From an uncultured delta proteobacterium (GTDB taxonomy: Bacteria; Desulfobacterota; Desulfobacteria; Desulfobacterales; QNYZ01): a stretch of DNA of 64,000 nt. A program made the translations under genes and the position numbers. This document shows positions 28,257 through 39,029 of this stretch, piece after piece. How positions within the stretch are numbered: position 1 is the first letter of the stretch; every line of letters starts with the position of its first letter. The DNA is taken from the NCBI GenBank assembly GCA_963845145.1, contig CAWJQU010000008.1, positions 96,001-160,000 of the forward strand, written 5' to 3'. The notes beneath the pieces are model-generated. The model was not told the DNA's origin, did not search any database, and was given only the letters and a program-made list of their open reading frames with translations.

Positions 28257-31070
28257 ATGGATACCGAAACGATTATTATACGGGGCGCCCGGCAGCATAA
28301 CCTGAAAAACATCGACGTCGACTTGCCGCGCAACCGACTGGTCGTCTTGAGCGGGCTTTCCGGATCCGGTAAATCGACGCTGGCTTTTGACACCCTCTAC
28401 GCTGAAGGTCAACGCCGATATGTCGAATCGCTTTCCACCTATGCGCGTCAATTTTTGGAGCGACTGGACAAGCCGGATGTCGACTTGATCGAAGGATTAT
28501 CGCCGGCCATCGCCATTGAACAGAAGGCGGCTGGCCATAACCCCCGGTCCACCGTGGGTACGGTAACGGAAGTCTACGATTATCTGCGTTTGTTATACGC
28601 CCGGATCGGCCTGCGCCATTGTCCCCAATGCGCCCTTCCCGTTTTTTCGCAAAGTCTCGATCAAATGCTTGAACGGATCAATGCCCTGCAAGACGGGACG
28701 CGAATCATTATCCTGGCACCAGTGGTTGCCGGAGAAAAAGGAGATCACCAGGATTGGCTAAAGCGGATTCGCAAGCAGGGGTTTGCGCGGGTCCGTATTG
28801 ATGGACACCACCATGAAATTGATGACGTACCGCGCCTTAAAAAAAATCAGCGCCACAACATCGATGTGGTTATCGACCGTTTGATCGTTAAACCAAACAT
28901 GACCAATCGCCTCGCCGATTCTTTGGAATTGGCGCTGGCCCAGGGACATGGCCAAGCGATCGTGGACGTGGCCCAGGAAGACCCGCTCATCTTTAGCGAA
29001 AAAGCCATCTGCCACTCCTGCGGAATGGCCCTTTCCGATTTGAGCCCGGCCAGTTTCTCCTTTAATTCGCCCCAGGGGGCATGCGCCGCCTGTGATGGTA
29101 TCGGAGCCACTACGGAATTCGATCCGCATCTGATTGTTCCCAATCCCACCCTTTCACTTCGCGACGGGGCGGTGGTAATCTGGGCCAATCGGCATTCGGT
29201 TTATTTCACCGAATTTCTGGAAACCCTGACGACCTATTACCAGGAAGACATCTATACCCCTTACCAGGAGTTGTCCGACCGCTTCAAACAAGTTCTCCTT
29301 TATGGATCAGGTGATCAAAAAGTTCCCTTTTATACCATGCAAAGCGGCCGCCGCCACCTGGCTCCCAAACCCTTTGAAGGTATCATTCCCAATTTAAAGC
29401 GACGTTACCACCAAAACCAATCAACCCAGGCCCGCAAAGAGGCCAAGCAATACATGACGTTTGCATCCTGTCCCGTCTGCGAAGGTACGCGCCTTAACCC
29501 GCTTAGCCGCGCCGTGACAGTCGGCAAGGCCCCCATTCAAAAAATCACCGCCATGCCGATCAGTAAAGTCCAGTCCTTTTTACAGACGCTAAGTCTCGGC
29601 GACAAGCAAATGACCATCGCCGACCGTATTTTAAACGCCATTTATCATCGCCTCGCGTTTTTGAATAATGTCGGCTTGGGCTACCTGACCCTGGACCGAC
29701 CGGCCGACACCCTCTCCGGCGGAGAAAACCAGCGGATACGGTTAGCCACCCAGATCGGCGCCAAATTGACCGGTGTACTCTACGTACTGGATGAGCCGAG
29801 TATCGGCCTCCACCAACGCGACAATCAACGCCTGCTCGATACCCTTGGCCATCTGCGCGATATGGGAAATACCGTTTTGGTCGTGGAACACGATGAGGAA
29901 ACCATCCGCAATGCCGATTATGTCGTGGACATGGGGCCCGGGGCCGGGATCAATGGCGGCCGGGTCGTTTTCAGCGGTTCGCCCGAAGCATTGGAAAAGA
30001 GCGATCAATCCTTGACCGGTCAATATCTTTCTGGCCGCAAACGAATCGCGGTACCATCCGCACGCAGGACGAACGCGAACCATCGCATTGTTGTTCACGG
30101 TGCCTGTGAAAACAACCTCAAACATATTGATGTCACCCTTCCCCTGGGATTACTCGTCTGCATAACCGGTGTATCCGGGGCGGGAAAATCGACGCTTTTG
30201 GTCACCACCCTTTACCGAGCCCTTCTTCAGCATTTGCACCAGGTACGGACCCCCGCCGGAAAACATGACCGCATCAGCGGCCTTGAAAATATCGATAAAG
30301 TTGTCAACATTGATCAAAGCCCCATTGGACGCACACCGCGCTCCAACCCAGTGACCTACACCGGTGCATTTACGTTTATTCGAGAACTATTCGCGCGAAC
30401 ACCTGACGCACGGGCAAGGGGATACAAGGCTGGGCGGTTCAGTTTTAATGTGAAGGGCGGCCGCTGTGAAACCTGCCGTGGCGACGGTATCGTCAAGGTT
30501 GAAATGCACTTTCTACCCAACGTCTACGTGACCTGTGATGTCTGCCAGGGCAAGCGCTACAATCGGGAAACCCTTGAAATTCTCTACAAGGGACGTGATA
30601 TTGCTCAGGTGTTGGATTTGACAGTCAACCAGTGCTTGGCCTTTATCGAAAGAATTCCGTCGCTCCGCCCAAAACTGCAGACACTGGTCGATGTCGGCTT
30701 GGGATATATGAAAATCGGCCAATCGGGGACAACCCTTTCCGGGGGCGAAGCGCAACGGATCAAACTCGCCCGCGAACTGGCAAAAAAAGAGACCGGACGA
30801 ACGGTTTATATTATGGACGAGCCCACCACCGGTCTCCACCCTCACGATATTCGACGCTTATTGAAGGTCTTAAATCGTCTGGTGGATGCCGGCAACACCG
30901 TGCTCATCATCGAACACAACCTTGATGTCATCAAAACCGCGGATCATATTATTGATCTTGGTCCGGAAGGGGGAGATGGCGGCGGGAATGTCATCACGTG
31001 CGGCCCACCGGAAAAGATCGCCGCCAATCCGGCTTCATACACAGGGCGGTATTTAAGCAAAGTGCTCTAA
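28257..31070 (+). CDS. uvrA: Excinuclease ABC subunit A
   Basis: GARQHNLKN, two Walker A motifs ([16 protein letters not shown]), Zn fingers, two LSGGE signatures, SYTGRYL. Confidence 0.98.
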   Translation: MDTETIIIRGARQHNLKNIDVDLPRNRLVVLSGLSGSGKSTLAFDTLYAEGQRRYVESLSTYARQFLERLDKPDVDLIEGLSPAIAIEQKAAGHNPRSTVGTVTEVYDYLRLLYARIGLRHCPQCALPVFSQSLDQMLERINALQDGTRIIILAPVVAGEKGDHQDWLKRIRKQGFARVRIDGHHHEIDDVPRLKKNQRHNIDVVIDRLIVKPNMTNRLADSLELALAQGHGQAIVDVAQEDPLIFSEKAICHSCGMALSDLSPASFSFNSPQGACAACDGIGATTEFDPHLIVPNPTLSLRDGAVVIWANRHSVYFTEFLETLTTYYQEDIYTPYQELSDRFKQVLLYGSGDQKVPFYTMQSGRRHLAPKPFEGIIPNLKRRYHQNQSTQARKEAKQYMTFASCPVCEGTRLNPLSRAVTVGKAPIQKITAMPISKVQSFLQTLSLGDKQMTIADRILNAIYHRLAFLNNVGLGYLTLDRPADTLSGGENQRIRLATQIGAKLTGVLYVLDEPSIGLHQRDNQRLLDTLGHLRDMGNTVLVVEHDEETIRNADYVVDMGPGAGINGGRVVFSGSPEALEKSDQSLTGQYLSGRKRIAVPSARRTNANHRIVVHGACENNLKHIDVTLPLGLLVCITGVSGAGKSTLLVTTLYRALLQHLHQVRTPAGKHDRISGLENIDKVVNIDQSPIGRTPRSNPVTYTGAFTFIRELFARTPDARARGYKAGRFSFNVKGGRCETCRGDGIVKVEMHFLPNVYVTCDVCQGKRYNRETLEILYKGRDIAQVLDLTVNQCLAFIERIPSLRPKLQTLVDVGLGYMKIGQSGTTLSGGEAQRIKLARELAKKETGRTVYIMDEPTTGLHPHDIRRLLKVLNRLVDAGNTVLIIEHNLDVIKTADHIIDLGPEGGDGGGNVITCGPPEKIAANPASYTGRYLSKVL

Positions 31071-31145
31071 ATAGGACAAGGTTCGGGGACTATCATTGCC
31101 AAATGTTAATGATAGCAGGGGTAAGTAACAAAAAGAACGATCCAT

Positions 31146-31185
31146 AAAAAAAGGCCGTACCGGAACGATCCGATACGGCCTTTTT
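31146..31185. terminator. Bidirectional intrinsic terminator
   Basis: AAAAAAAGGCCGTA...TACGGCCTTTTT between convergent uvrA and atpE. Confidence 0.85.
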
Positions 31186-31200
31186 CATTTTTCCAGCCGA

Positions 31201-31509
<309 letters not shown>

Positions 31510-31593
31510 TTATAATATGGCTTCTTCCATTAGCCCCTGCCTCCCGACAAGGGCAGGCTTCAATAAGTTAAAACGCTAAACGATTCGATTAAT

Positions 31594-32289
31594 CTAATGG
31601 GCGTGCTCCATCGAACCGGTAAAATACATAATTGACAACAAAAAGAACACAAAGGCTTGAACCAGGGCGACGAAAATCCCCAGCGCCATTATGGGCAAGG
31701 GGGCAAAAAACGCACCGGCCAGACCAAAAAGAATGCCTAATACCAACTCATGCCCCATCATGTTTCCGAACAAACGGAAGGACAAGGAGAGAATACGAGC
31801 CACATGGCCGATGATTTCAATGGGTAAAATGATGGGAATCATCCACCAGACGGGACCGAGAAAATGTTTAATATAACCGGCGCCATGGTATTTGATCCCG
31901 ATTATGTGGGTAAAAACCACCACGATCAACGCACAGGCCAGAGTCGTATTCAGGCTCGCCGTGGGCGGGAAAAACCCAGGTACCAGGCCGATTAAATTGG
32001 AAGAAAAAATAAAAATAAAAATCGTGGCGGCCAGAGGCAACAGCCAACGCCCTTCTTCTCCGGTAATTTCGACCATGAATTCCTCAATACCGGAAACAAT
32101 GATCTCGAAGAAATTTTGCCCCTTTTGGGGAATCATCGAAAGACCCTTGACAGCCAGAAAGCCGCAAATGATCAAAATCGCCATCACGACCCACGTGTAA
32201 ATCACGTGCGGATATGCATGGGCAAAATGACTCGGACCGGGACCTAAAAATTCAAACAATTTGACGAAAAAAAGATAGGGATGTTCCAC
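31594..32289 (-). CDS. atpB: F0 ATP synthase subunit a
   Basis: NLIGLVPG, PTASLNTT, SLSFRLFGN, QAFVFFLL; GGAGG SD before the GTG start. Confidence 0.96.
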   Translation of the reverse strand: MEHPYLFFVKLFEFLGPGPSHFAHAYPHVIYTWVVMAILIICGFLAVKGLSMIPQKGQNFFEIIVSGIEEFMVEITGEEGRWLLPLAATIFIFIFSSNLIGLVPGFFPPTASLNTTLACALIVVVFTHIIGIKYHGAGYIKHFLGPVWWMIPIILPIEIIGHVARILSLSFRLFGNMMGHELVLGILFGLAGAFFAPLPIMALGIFVALVQAFVFFLLSIMYFTGSMEHAH

Positions 32290-32290
32290 C

Positions 32291-32677
32291 TTAGACGGCC
32301 TCCTTGACCTTTAGTTTTGTCATTTCCAATACGGCCGCCGACATCATACTCAAAACAACAATGGATAGACCGACAACCAGCCCCAGCGGGTTCACCACCT
32401 GCTGGGTGATCAGAAGAAATATAATAATCCCGCTGACGATAAAGCGGATATAATACTTGGCGATAATGACATTGGGCGACGCCAGATGGGGTGGCTTGAG
32501 TGATCGTTTCAATGTCCGCGCCAACAAATGAAAATTGACGGTAACGATCAAACCACCGAAAAGGATTCCTTTAGCAAAAGCCGGGCTTGCGAGCGCAAAA
32601 CCGAGCATGCCGGCTAAAGCGAGCAGCACCCAGTTTGTAAGGGTGATATAGCGAACAAGGCGTCTTTCAATCTGCAA
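32291..32677 (-). CDS. atpI: ATP synthase subunit I
   Basis: Four-TM protein immediately upstream of atpB. Confidence 0.85.
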   Translation of the reverse strand: MQIERRLVRYITLTNWVLLALAGMLGFALASPAFAKGILFGGLIVTVNFHLLARTLKRSLKPPHLASPNVIIAKYYIRFIVSGIIIFLLITQQVVNPLGLVVGLSIVVLSMMSAAVLEMTKLKVKEAV

Positions 32678-32718
32678 TGACAGACCTCTGTTATAATGAA
32701 AAACAGGTGTATCCGATA

Positions 32719-32937
32719 CTACAACTTACGGCTTTTCCTAATGGCCAGGCCGATGTTGCGGTACCCGGCGGCAATGCCCATTCCCAAACCAATCAACGTC
32801 CACCAGGGCGTTGTATCGAAACGCCGATCCAGGTAGACCCCGATGGCCAGACCTATAAAAATGGATAAAGCAACCGCCAAGCCAAGACTGCTGAAGTAGG
32901 CCAACTCCTTTAAAGAACGTAGGGTTCCTTTTTTCAT
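32719..32937 (-). CDS. atpZ: AtpZ/AtpI (gene 1) family protein
   Basis: IGVYLDRRFDTTPWWTLIGL motif; first gene of the F0 operon. Confidence 0.85.
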   Translation of the reverse strand: MKKGTLRSLKELAYFSSLGLAVALSIFIGLAIGVYLDRRFDTTPWWTLIGLGMGIAAGYRNIGLAIRKSRKL

Positions 32938-33176
32938 GGCATTCTACTGCCCGGCAGCCGACAAAAACCGGTTCGTTTCAGTCGCGGCGCATGTAACATG
33001 GGGTCGTTGGAAAGTCAACGGAAAACCGCATGAATTTGTCCCAAACCAGCAACACCGCCCACAGGTTTCATCATGGCCCGCCACTATTTTTTTCCTGGCC
33101 GATAAAATCATTTGCACCCTCTTAAAGCACCCGGTTTTTCCGCCCTGCTCAAACCACCCTGCTCAAACCACCCTTC

Positions 33177-33983
33177 TCAAAATTGTATCCGGCGCGCATC
33201 CATTACAGGTCCTTCAGTGCAGGCATGTCGAAAAGGTGTTGATGAATTACGCGCAGGTACCACGCAGCTCAAACAGACGCCCATGCCGCACCCCATCATG
33301 GTTTCAAGGGCCACCTGACAGGGTATGCTGTTTTTTTCCGCAATATCCGCCATGGCCGCAAGCATGGGCCAGGGACCACAGGTATAGATCATGTCGGGTC
33401 GTCGCAAGGCGATGATCTGTACCACCCTGTCGGTGACCAACCCTTTCTTACCGGTGCTGCCGTCTTCGGTGACAGTGTGAACCGTTAGGTTTAATTCTCT
33501 CAACCGATCGACCCCGACAATGTCAGAGGATGTCCGCCCGCCGACAAACGCTTCACATCGATTGGTAGAAATCCCCTTCTCCATCATGACCCGGGATAGA
33601 AAGACCAGTGGGACCACGCCGATGCCGCCGGCCACAAAAAAATGACGTGTCGCCTTATTTGAATCAACGGGAATGTCAAACCCGTTGCCCAATGGACCTA
33701 AAAGCGCTGCTTGATCACCCTCTTTTAATTCAGACAACCGCCGTGTTCCTTCGCCGACCACCTTGATCAGCAGTTCTACCCCGATAACGTTGCCGTTGGC
33801 TTCAATGGGTGAATAAATGGAAAACGGGCGCCCCAGCAATGGCGACAGTTGATCCATTGGACGGATCATGACGAATTGTCCCGGAAAGGCATGGGCATAA
33901 CCAGACCCGATAAAAAGACCGAGACTAAATACCTCTGGCGCAACCCATCGGTTCCACATTACCTTGGCAATTTGCCGGTTCAC
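33177..33983 (-). CDS. pyrK: Dihydroorotate dehydrogenase electron transfer subunit
   Basis: PGQFVMI, RPFS, GPLGNGF, GGIG, CGP, MGCGMGVCLSC...C-x-EGPV [2Fe-2S] motif. Confidence 0.92.
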   Translation of the reverse strand: MNRQIAKVMWNRWVAPEVFSLGLFIGSGYAHAFPGQFVMIRPMDQLSPLLGRPFSIYSPIEANGNVIGVELLIKVVGEGTRRLSELKEGDQAALLGPLGNGFDIPVDSNKATRHFFVAGGIGVVPLVFLSRVMMEKGISTNRCEAFVGGRTSSDIVGVDRLRELNLTVHTVTEDGSTGKKGLVTDRVVQIIALRRPDMIYTCGPWPMLAAMADIAEKNSIPCQVALETMMGCGMGVCLSCVVPARNSSTPFRHACTEGPVMDARRIQF

Positions 33984-34777
33984 GGGGTTCCTGCTTGCTT
34001 TTTATTTCCCAAGTTCAATCCGATCACAGCGGCAAAGCGACCCGTTTGCTTCTCAGCGCGATATGAAAAAAAGCGGTCGGTAGCGCACCGGGTACAGATT
34101 CGACTGACCTCAATATTTTCCGGCCGCAGTCCAGCCGCACACAATTGGTCCTTAGTGATCGTCCAAAAATCGAAATGATTTCGGTCATCCTTATACAACC
34201 AGAAGGTGTTCGGGATTTCCGTACGATAGTTATAAAATTCGGCACAGCAAGGCCCCAGTGAAGGGCCGATACCGGCTAAAATATCCGCTGGGCGACATCT
34301 GAAACCGGTAGCCATGGCGGCCACTGTTCGGCCCGCAATATCGGCTAAACTGCCCCGCCATCCGGCATGCACATTGGCAATAACTTGCCGGTTGGGATCA
34401 TACAGAAGTATCGGTTGGCAATCGGCCACCTGGATGGTTAACACCAGGCCGGGTTTGGATGTAATAAAGGCATCGGCCTCGGGCGGATCACCGTCCTTGG
34501 CATTAACTTGTTGCCTGTTTTTGGCGACAATCACCCGATCCCCGTGCACCTGCCGCAGGAAGGCCATACCATCGCCACCAACGGTTTGCAAGATACGACG
34601 GCGATTATAACGGACAATACCCGGCTCATCTCCCAAGCCATCGGCCACGTTCAGGCTGTCAAACGGTTTAGCGCTGGCGCCTCCGTGTCGGGTAAATACG
34701 GCATGCCCCAGCCCCTCACAATCGGCGAGGTGATCGAATCGATAAAAATGTAATCCGTTTTCTTTTACAGACAGCAT
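33980..34777 (-). CDS. pgeF: Peptidoglycan editing factor PgeF/YfiH (laccase-domain purine nucleoside enzyme)
   Basis: FTRHGG, QVHG, VADC, HAGWRG, IGPS, FFSYR. Confidence 0.93.
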   Translation of the reverse strand: MLSVKENGLHFYRFDHLADCEGLGHAVFTRHGGASAKPFDSLNVADGLGDEPGIVRYNRRRILQTVGGDGMAFLRQVHGDRVIVAKNRQQVNAKDGDPPEADAFITSKPGLVLTIQVADCQPILLYDPNRQVIANVHAGWRGSLADIAGRTVAAMATGFRCRPADILAGIGPSLGPCCAEFYNYRTEIPNTFWLYKDDRNHFDFWTITKDQLCAAGLRPENIEVSRICTRCATDRFFSYRAEKQTGRFAAVIGLNLGNKKQAGTP

Positions 34778-34792
34778 ACATTTACCCTCTGC

Positions 34793-35626
34793 TTAAATAG
34801 CCCGGGCTAAAGTAACCACATCCACCCGCTTGGCCCCCCCGTCAATGAGAACCCGGGTACATTCCGTTACCGTAGCCCCCGTGGTATAGACATCATCGAC
34901 CAGTAGTACGGAGCGATTCTGCACACGCTCGGGGCTGATGAGCCGGAACGCGCCCTTGATATTATGTCGCCGCTCCCGCTGCCCCAAACCGGTTTGGGGT
35001 GCCGTCCATCGGATGCGTTGAAGAATATCATCTCCAATATGCGTAGCGCCACCCTTTTGATGGGAAAAATACCCATCCCAGGCCTTGAGAAGAAGATGGG
35101 CCTGATTAAAGCCACGCTTTCTAAGTTTCCTGGCATGCAAGGGAACCGGTACGACCCAGTCGACAGTTTCCTTTTTCCAGTGACACATGTAAACATGACA
35201 GAGCAGCGCTCCCAGCGGACGCGCCAGCTCTACTCGCCCACGATACTTGTACTGGTGAATCAGCGACAGGAGGCTCCCCTCATAAACACCCGCAAATCGG
35301 GCCTTCCTGAACTTTTTGGGCTGTTTAAGGCACTCGCCGCAAATATGATCTTCACCCTGACGACCGATAAACAGCTTACCACATTGTGGACAGAGGGGTG
35401 ATTGGGCGGCACGAAAATCATCGATACATGCCGCACATAAAAAAGGCCCAATTAAAGTTCCAAAGACAGGACTTAGATTCAACCCTTTCGTTAGCCCTGC
35501 ATCCGGAAATCGCCGGGAAGGTAAACCCCCACCCTTTTTTTTTATAAATGTCCGACAGACACGGCATTGGGGCGGAAACAGGGCATCGGTAACCGATTGC
35601 AGAATGGCTATGATCAACGAACGCAT
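34793..35626 (-). CDS. comF: ComF family protein (double Zn-ribbon + PRTase)
   Basis: CxxC pairs, PVPLH, RGFNQA, LLVDDVYTTGAT. Confidence 0.92.
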   Translation of the reverse strand: MRSLIIAILQSVTDALFPPQCRVCRTFIKKKGGGLPSRRFPDAGLTKGLNLSPVFGTLIGPFLCAACIDDFRAAQSPLCPQCGKLFIGRQGEDHICGECLKQPKKFRKARFAGVYEGSLLSLIHQYKYRGRVELARPLGALLCHVYMCHWKKETVDWVVPVPLHARKLRKRGFNQAHLLLKAWDGYFSHQKGGATHIGDDILQRIRWTAPQTGLGQRERRHNIKGAFRLISPERVQNRSVLLVDDVYTTGATVTECTRVLIDGGAKRVDVVTLARAI

Positions 35627-35636
35627 GCGGTCAAAA

Positions 35637-36389
35637 TCACGAATTGTTGGGATCAAAGGCGGATTGTCGCTGACGAAAAGCCTCATACAGGGCGACGGCA
35701 CCGGCCACGGAAACATTGAGAGAGTCAATATCGCCTTTCTGGGGAATCGATACCAAAAAATCACAGCTCTTCCGGACCAGCGGACGGATTCCCTTCTGCT
35801 CGCTTCCCACCACCAAAGCCAGCGGCACGTTTAAGTCGGCCTCATAGAGGGAACCCTCAGCTGTCGGGTCGAGACCAGCTACCCAAATGCCTTTTGATTT
35901 TAGCTGCATCAAGATGCGATTGATATTGGTTACCCGCGCCAAACGAATGTGCTCCACGGCGCCGGCAGAGGCCAACACAACAGACGGTGTGATTGACACA
36001 GACCGATCCTTGGGGAGGAAGATACCTGTCACACCAACACAGGCGGCCGTTCGGATCAGGGCTCCGGCATTACGGGGATCCTGGATACCATCCATTACCA
36101 GTATCAATGCCCGCCCGCTGGTAGCCATAATATGCTCCGCATCGGCATATGGATAGCCCTCTGTTTGAGCGCCAATCCCCTGATGGTTCTCGCTTTTTAC
36201 CATGCCATCCAAACGTTTGGCCGAAATACTTTCCACGGGGATCGCATGTGAGCGGGCCAGTTGGGTGATCCCGGCAATTCGCGGGGACCGGTCATTAACA
36301 ACATAGAGCCGATGTATTTTTCGTCGACCGGCCAACAGCGCTTCCCGGATTGGATGAATCCCATATAGGATCGAAGGCGACGCGGTCAT
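35637..36389 (-). CDS. rlmB: 23S rRNA (G2251-2'-O)-methyltransferase
   Basis: YGIHP, HQG, DPRNAGALIR, GSEQKGIR, SLNVSVA. Confidence 0.95.
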   Translation of the reverse strand: MTASPSILYGIHPIREALLAGRRKIHRLYVVNDRSPRIAGITQLARSHAIPVESISAKRLDGMVKSENHQGIGAQTEGYPYADAEHIMATSGRALILVMDGIQDPRNAGALIRTAACVGVTGIFLPKDRSVSITPSVVLASAGAVEHIRLARVTNINRILMQLKSKGIWVAGLDPTAEGSLYEADLNVPLALVVGSEQKGIRPLVRKSCDFLVSIPQKGDIDSLNVSVAGAVALYEAFRQRQSAFDPNNS

Positions 36390-36390
36390 G

Positions 36391-36993
36391 TCAACGGGAC
36401 CGTTGACATCGGTATGTCATCAGGATTCCGATGAGGGTTTCAATGGTATCCTCGAGTCGATCATTGATGATGACATGGCGGTAGTGGTCTTTGCAGCGCA
36501 TCTCGCGCTTGGCTTCGGCCAAACGCTTGCGAATGGTATCCGGTGAATCTGTTCCGCGTTTTTCAAGTCGGGATTTAAGCGCATCCATTGATGGGGCTAA
36601 GATGAAGATGGTCACGCTGTCAGGATAGCGTTTTAGAATCTGGGCGGCACCTTGCACATCGATATCGAGCAGCACATCGTTACCTGCCTCTAACGATTTT
36701 TCAATGTCATCCGCTGAGGTACCGTAGTAATTGCCATGCACCTTGGCCCATTCGACCCACCGATCCGCGGCGATCCGCTTTTCAAATTCGGCCTTGCCGA
36801 TAAAGTGGTAGTCTCTCCCCCGGTGCTCACCTTCACGCGGTTTCCGTGTGGTGTATGAAACGGAGTAATGAAGATCGCCGAAATGAGCCCGTATGGCGCG
36901 GCAAAGGGTTGTTTTTCCAGCCCCCGAAGGGGCCGATAAAATAAAAAGGCGTCCTTGGCAAGCGCCCTTGGCGTCTATGGTGCGGTCGGTCAT
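36391..36993 (-). CDS. gmk: Guanylate kinase
   Basis: SAPSGAGKTT, SYTTRKPR, NYYGT, DIDVQG. Confidence 0.97.
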   Translation of the reverse strand: MTDRTIDAKGACQGRLFILSAPSGAGKTTLCRAIRAHFGDLHYSVSYTTRKPREGEHRGRDYHFIGKAEFEKRIAADRWVEWAKVHGNYYGTSADDIEKSLEAGNDVLLDIDVQGAAQILKRYPDSVTIFILAPSMDALKSRLEKRGTDSPDTIRKRLAEAKREMRCKDHYRHVIINDRLEDTIETLIGILMTYRCQRSR

Positions 36994-36999
36994 TGCCAC

Positions 37000-37254
37000 T
37001 TACCCTTGATCTTTCAAAGCACTGAACCGTTGGGAAATTGTATCGACATTGACGGCTGACAAAATAACATGCCGGCTGTCCATGACTATCACCGAACGGG
37101 TTCGTCGGCCCTGAGTGGCATCCACCAGGAGCCCCTCCGTCTTGGCTTCATCCTTCAACCGTTTAACCGGTGCGGAGTGGGGCGCAATGATCGAAATGAT
37201 CCGCTGGGCAGCAATTCGGTTTCCAAACCCGATATTAATCAGTTGATGCGGCAT
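37000..37254 (-). CDS. remA: RemA/DUF370 family protein
   Basis: [29 protein letters not shown]; lies between yicC and gmk. Confidence 0.92.
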   Translation of the reverse strand: MPHQLINIGFGNRIAAQRIISIIAPHSAPVKRLKDEAKTEGLLVDATQGRRTRSVIVMDSRHVILSAVNVDTISQRFSALKDQG

Positions 37255-37321
37255 GCGTTATTTTTATTCCTTTATTCGAAAAAAAAGGTTTTTTATATTT
37301 CAGCACCCGGCTAAAATAGTT

Positions 37322-38203
37322 TTATTCTACGTTCTGGACCTGTTCGCGAATTTTTTCGACTTCAGCCTTGATGTCCACGATGATATGCGCAATCTCCGCT
37401 TTATCGGCCTTTACCCCCATGGTATTAAACTCCCGATGCAATTCCTGAAGCAGAAAATTAAGCTTTCGACCTGCCGCTTCATTGGCCGCCATCAACGACC
37501 TGAAATGGGTTAAATGACTCTGGGCGCGCACAATCTCTTCGGAAATATCACTGCGATCAGCCAGAAGGGCCGCCTCCCGCGCCACCCGGTCGGGATCGAT
37601 TCCGGCATGATCTTCGGTCAGAACACGAAGCTTTTCCATCAGGCGTTCGTGGTAAAGCGGCAAAAGATTATTAGATTTTTTTTTGACTTCAGACAATTCC
37701 TTTTCGATAAACGTAAGCCGTGTGTCGATATCCGCAGCCAACATGTCGCCCTCATGTTGACGCATACTTATTAGATCCGACAACCCCTGGGACAAACAGG
37801 TACGAATGATATCCTCACAATCCTCGCTGTTCCCTTTGATCTCCGATGTCTGGATAATATCCCGCATCTCCATCATCTGGCCCAGGGTCACCGCTTCCTT
37901 GATGCCTAAATGGTTTTTCAACGTCTCCAAGGCCTGATAATAAGCCGTGGCCAGCGGTTCATTGACGGTAAAATTGGGAATGGCGGAATTTTCTTCCTCG
38001 ACTTGCAGTCTAATTTCCACACGACCGCGCACCAGCTTATCATTCACCATCGTTTGAAGTTTTTTCTCCAGGTCCATAAAATGATGTGGCAGGTGAAAAA
38101 CGATATCGAGATGGCGGCTATTAAAAGATCGTATTTCTACCCGAACCGTGTAAGGCGTGTCCATAATCTCTGCACGGGCGTAGGCTGTCATACTTTGAAT
38201 CAT
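37322..38203 (-). CDS. yicC: YicC/YloC family endoribonuclease
   Basis: IQSMT, SFNSRHLD, DISEE, GRKLNFLLQE, REFNT, IREQVQNVE. Confidence 0.94.
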   Translation of the reverse strand: MIQSMTAYARAEIMDTPYTVRVEIRSFNSRHLDIVFHLPHHFMDLEKKLQTMVNDKLVRGRVEIRLQVEEENSAIPNFTVNEPLATAYYQALETLKNHLGIKEAVTLGQMMEMRDIIQTSEIKGNSEDCEDIIRTCLSQGLSDLISMRQHEGDMLAADIDTRLTFIEKELSEVKKKSNNLLPLYHERLMEKLRVLTEDHAGIDPDRVAREAALLADRSDISEEIVRAQSHLTHFRSLMAANEAAGRKLNFLLQELHREFNTMGVKADKAEIAHIIVDIKAEVEKIREQVQNVE

Positions 38204-38219
38204 TGATAACGACTCCGAT

Positions 38220-38753
38220 TTATGAGGATCGATAGCGTACATCATGCATGTACTTCGATCGCATTTGAATTAAAAATCGCTGCATCTCCGGTTGGCGATA
38301 CCCCGGGTAAGTCCATGGCAGAGCCTTGTATTGGCCCCTTTGGTAGATTAGGGTTAAATCCGCGTAAATGCCACTGCCCAGATAAATCCGGTGACTAAAA
38401 TTTTTACCCGTGGCCAGCACCAGCCGTTCAGCCAGCAAGTAGCCCGGATCGAGATTGATTTGCCGCTTACCGTTTTGCGTCCACTTTTTTTCCAGTTTGT
38501 TGGTGGCAAGTTTAACATCAACCAACGCTGGCTGTTCGATTAAAGAGGTGAAAGCGAAAATCCGTCGGTACAGATGCGCCCCCATCTCCGCTTCATAATA
38601 GGTGGTAAAATCAAAAGGAAACCAGGGACTGACCAGGTCCATGGTGCCAAAGGCATCGGTAAGCGCCTCGGCAATCACCGGCACCGTATCTTTATCCTTA
38701 ATGATCAGGCCGACAAACAATTTTGCAGGCGCCGGTGGCTGAGGCTCACTCAT
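38220..38753 (-). CDS. DUF4416 family protein
   Basis: YYEAEMG, INLDPGY, LATGKNFSHRIYL, PWTYP. Confidence 0.88.
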   Translation of the reverse strand: MSEPQPPAPAKLFVGLIIKDKDTVPVIAEALTDAFGTMDLVSPWFPFDFTTYYEAEMGAHLYRRIFAFTSLIEQPALVDVKLATNKLEKKWTQNGKRQINLDPGYLLAERLVLATGKNFSHRIYLGSGIYADLTLIYQRGQYKALPWTYPGYRQPEMQRFLIQMRSKYMHDVRYRSS

Positions 38754-38774
38754 AGATAAGCGTAACGGCGATCT

Positions 38775-38948
38775 TCAGGTTGATAAAGGTTTGGCTTCGT
38801 CGATCAACATGATCGGGATATCATCCTTGATCTCATAAATTAATCGGCACTGATCGCAAATCAAACCGTCCTTGGATTTATTTAAATAGATGTCTCCTTT
38901 GCATTGGGGGCATGCCAGTATATCGAGCAAATCTTGGCTGATGGCCAT
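38775..38948 (-). CDS. Trm112/YcaR family protein (57 aa; below the ORF-track cut-off)
   Basis: Manual translation MAISQDLLDILACPQCKGDIYLNKSKDGLICDQCRLIYEIKDDIPIMLIDEAKPLST*; GGGAG SD; typical position after lpxK. Confidence 0.92.
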   Translation of the reverse strand: MAISQDLLDILACPQCKGDIYLNKSKDGLICDQCRLIYEIKDDIPIMLIDEAKPLST

Positions 38949-39029
38949 GGTGATCTCCCTATTGTTGGTTCAACTTGTTAATGGCACGGATTAGGCGATC
39001 GTAGGTTTACCATACGGTCGCCTCCCTTT

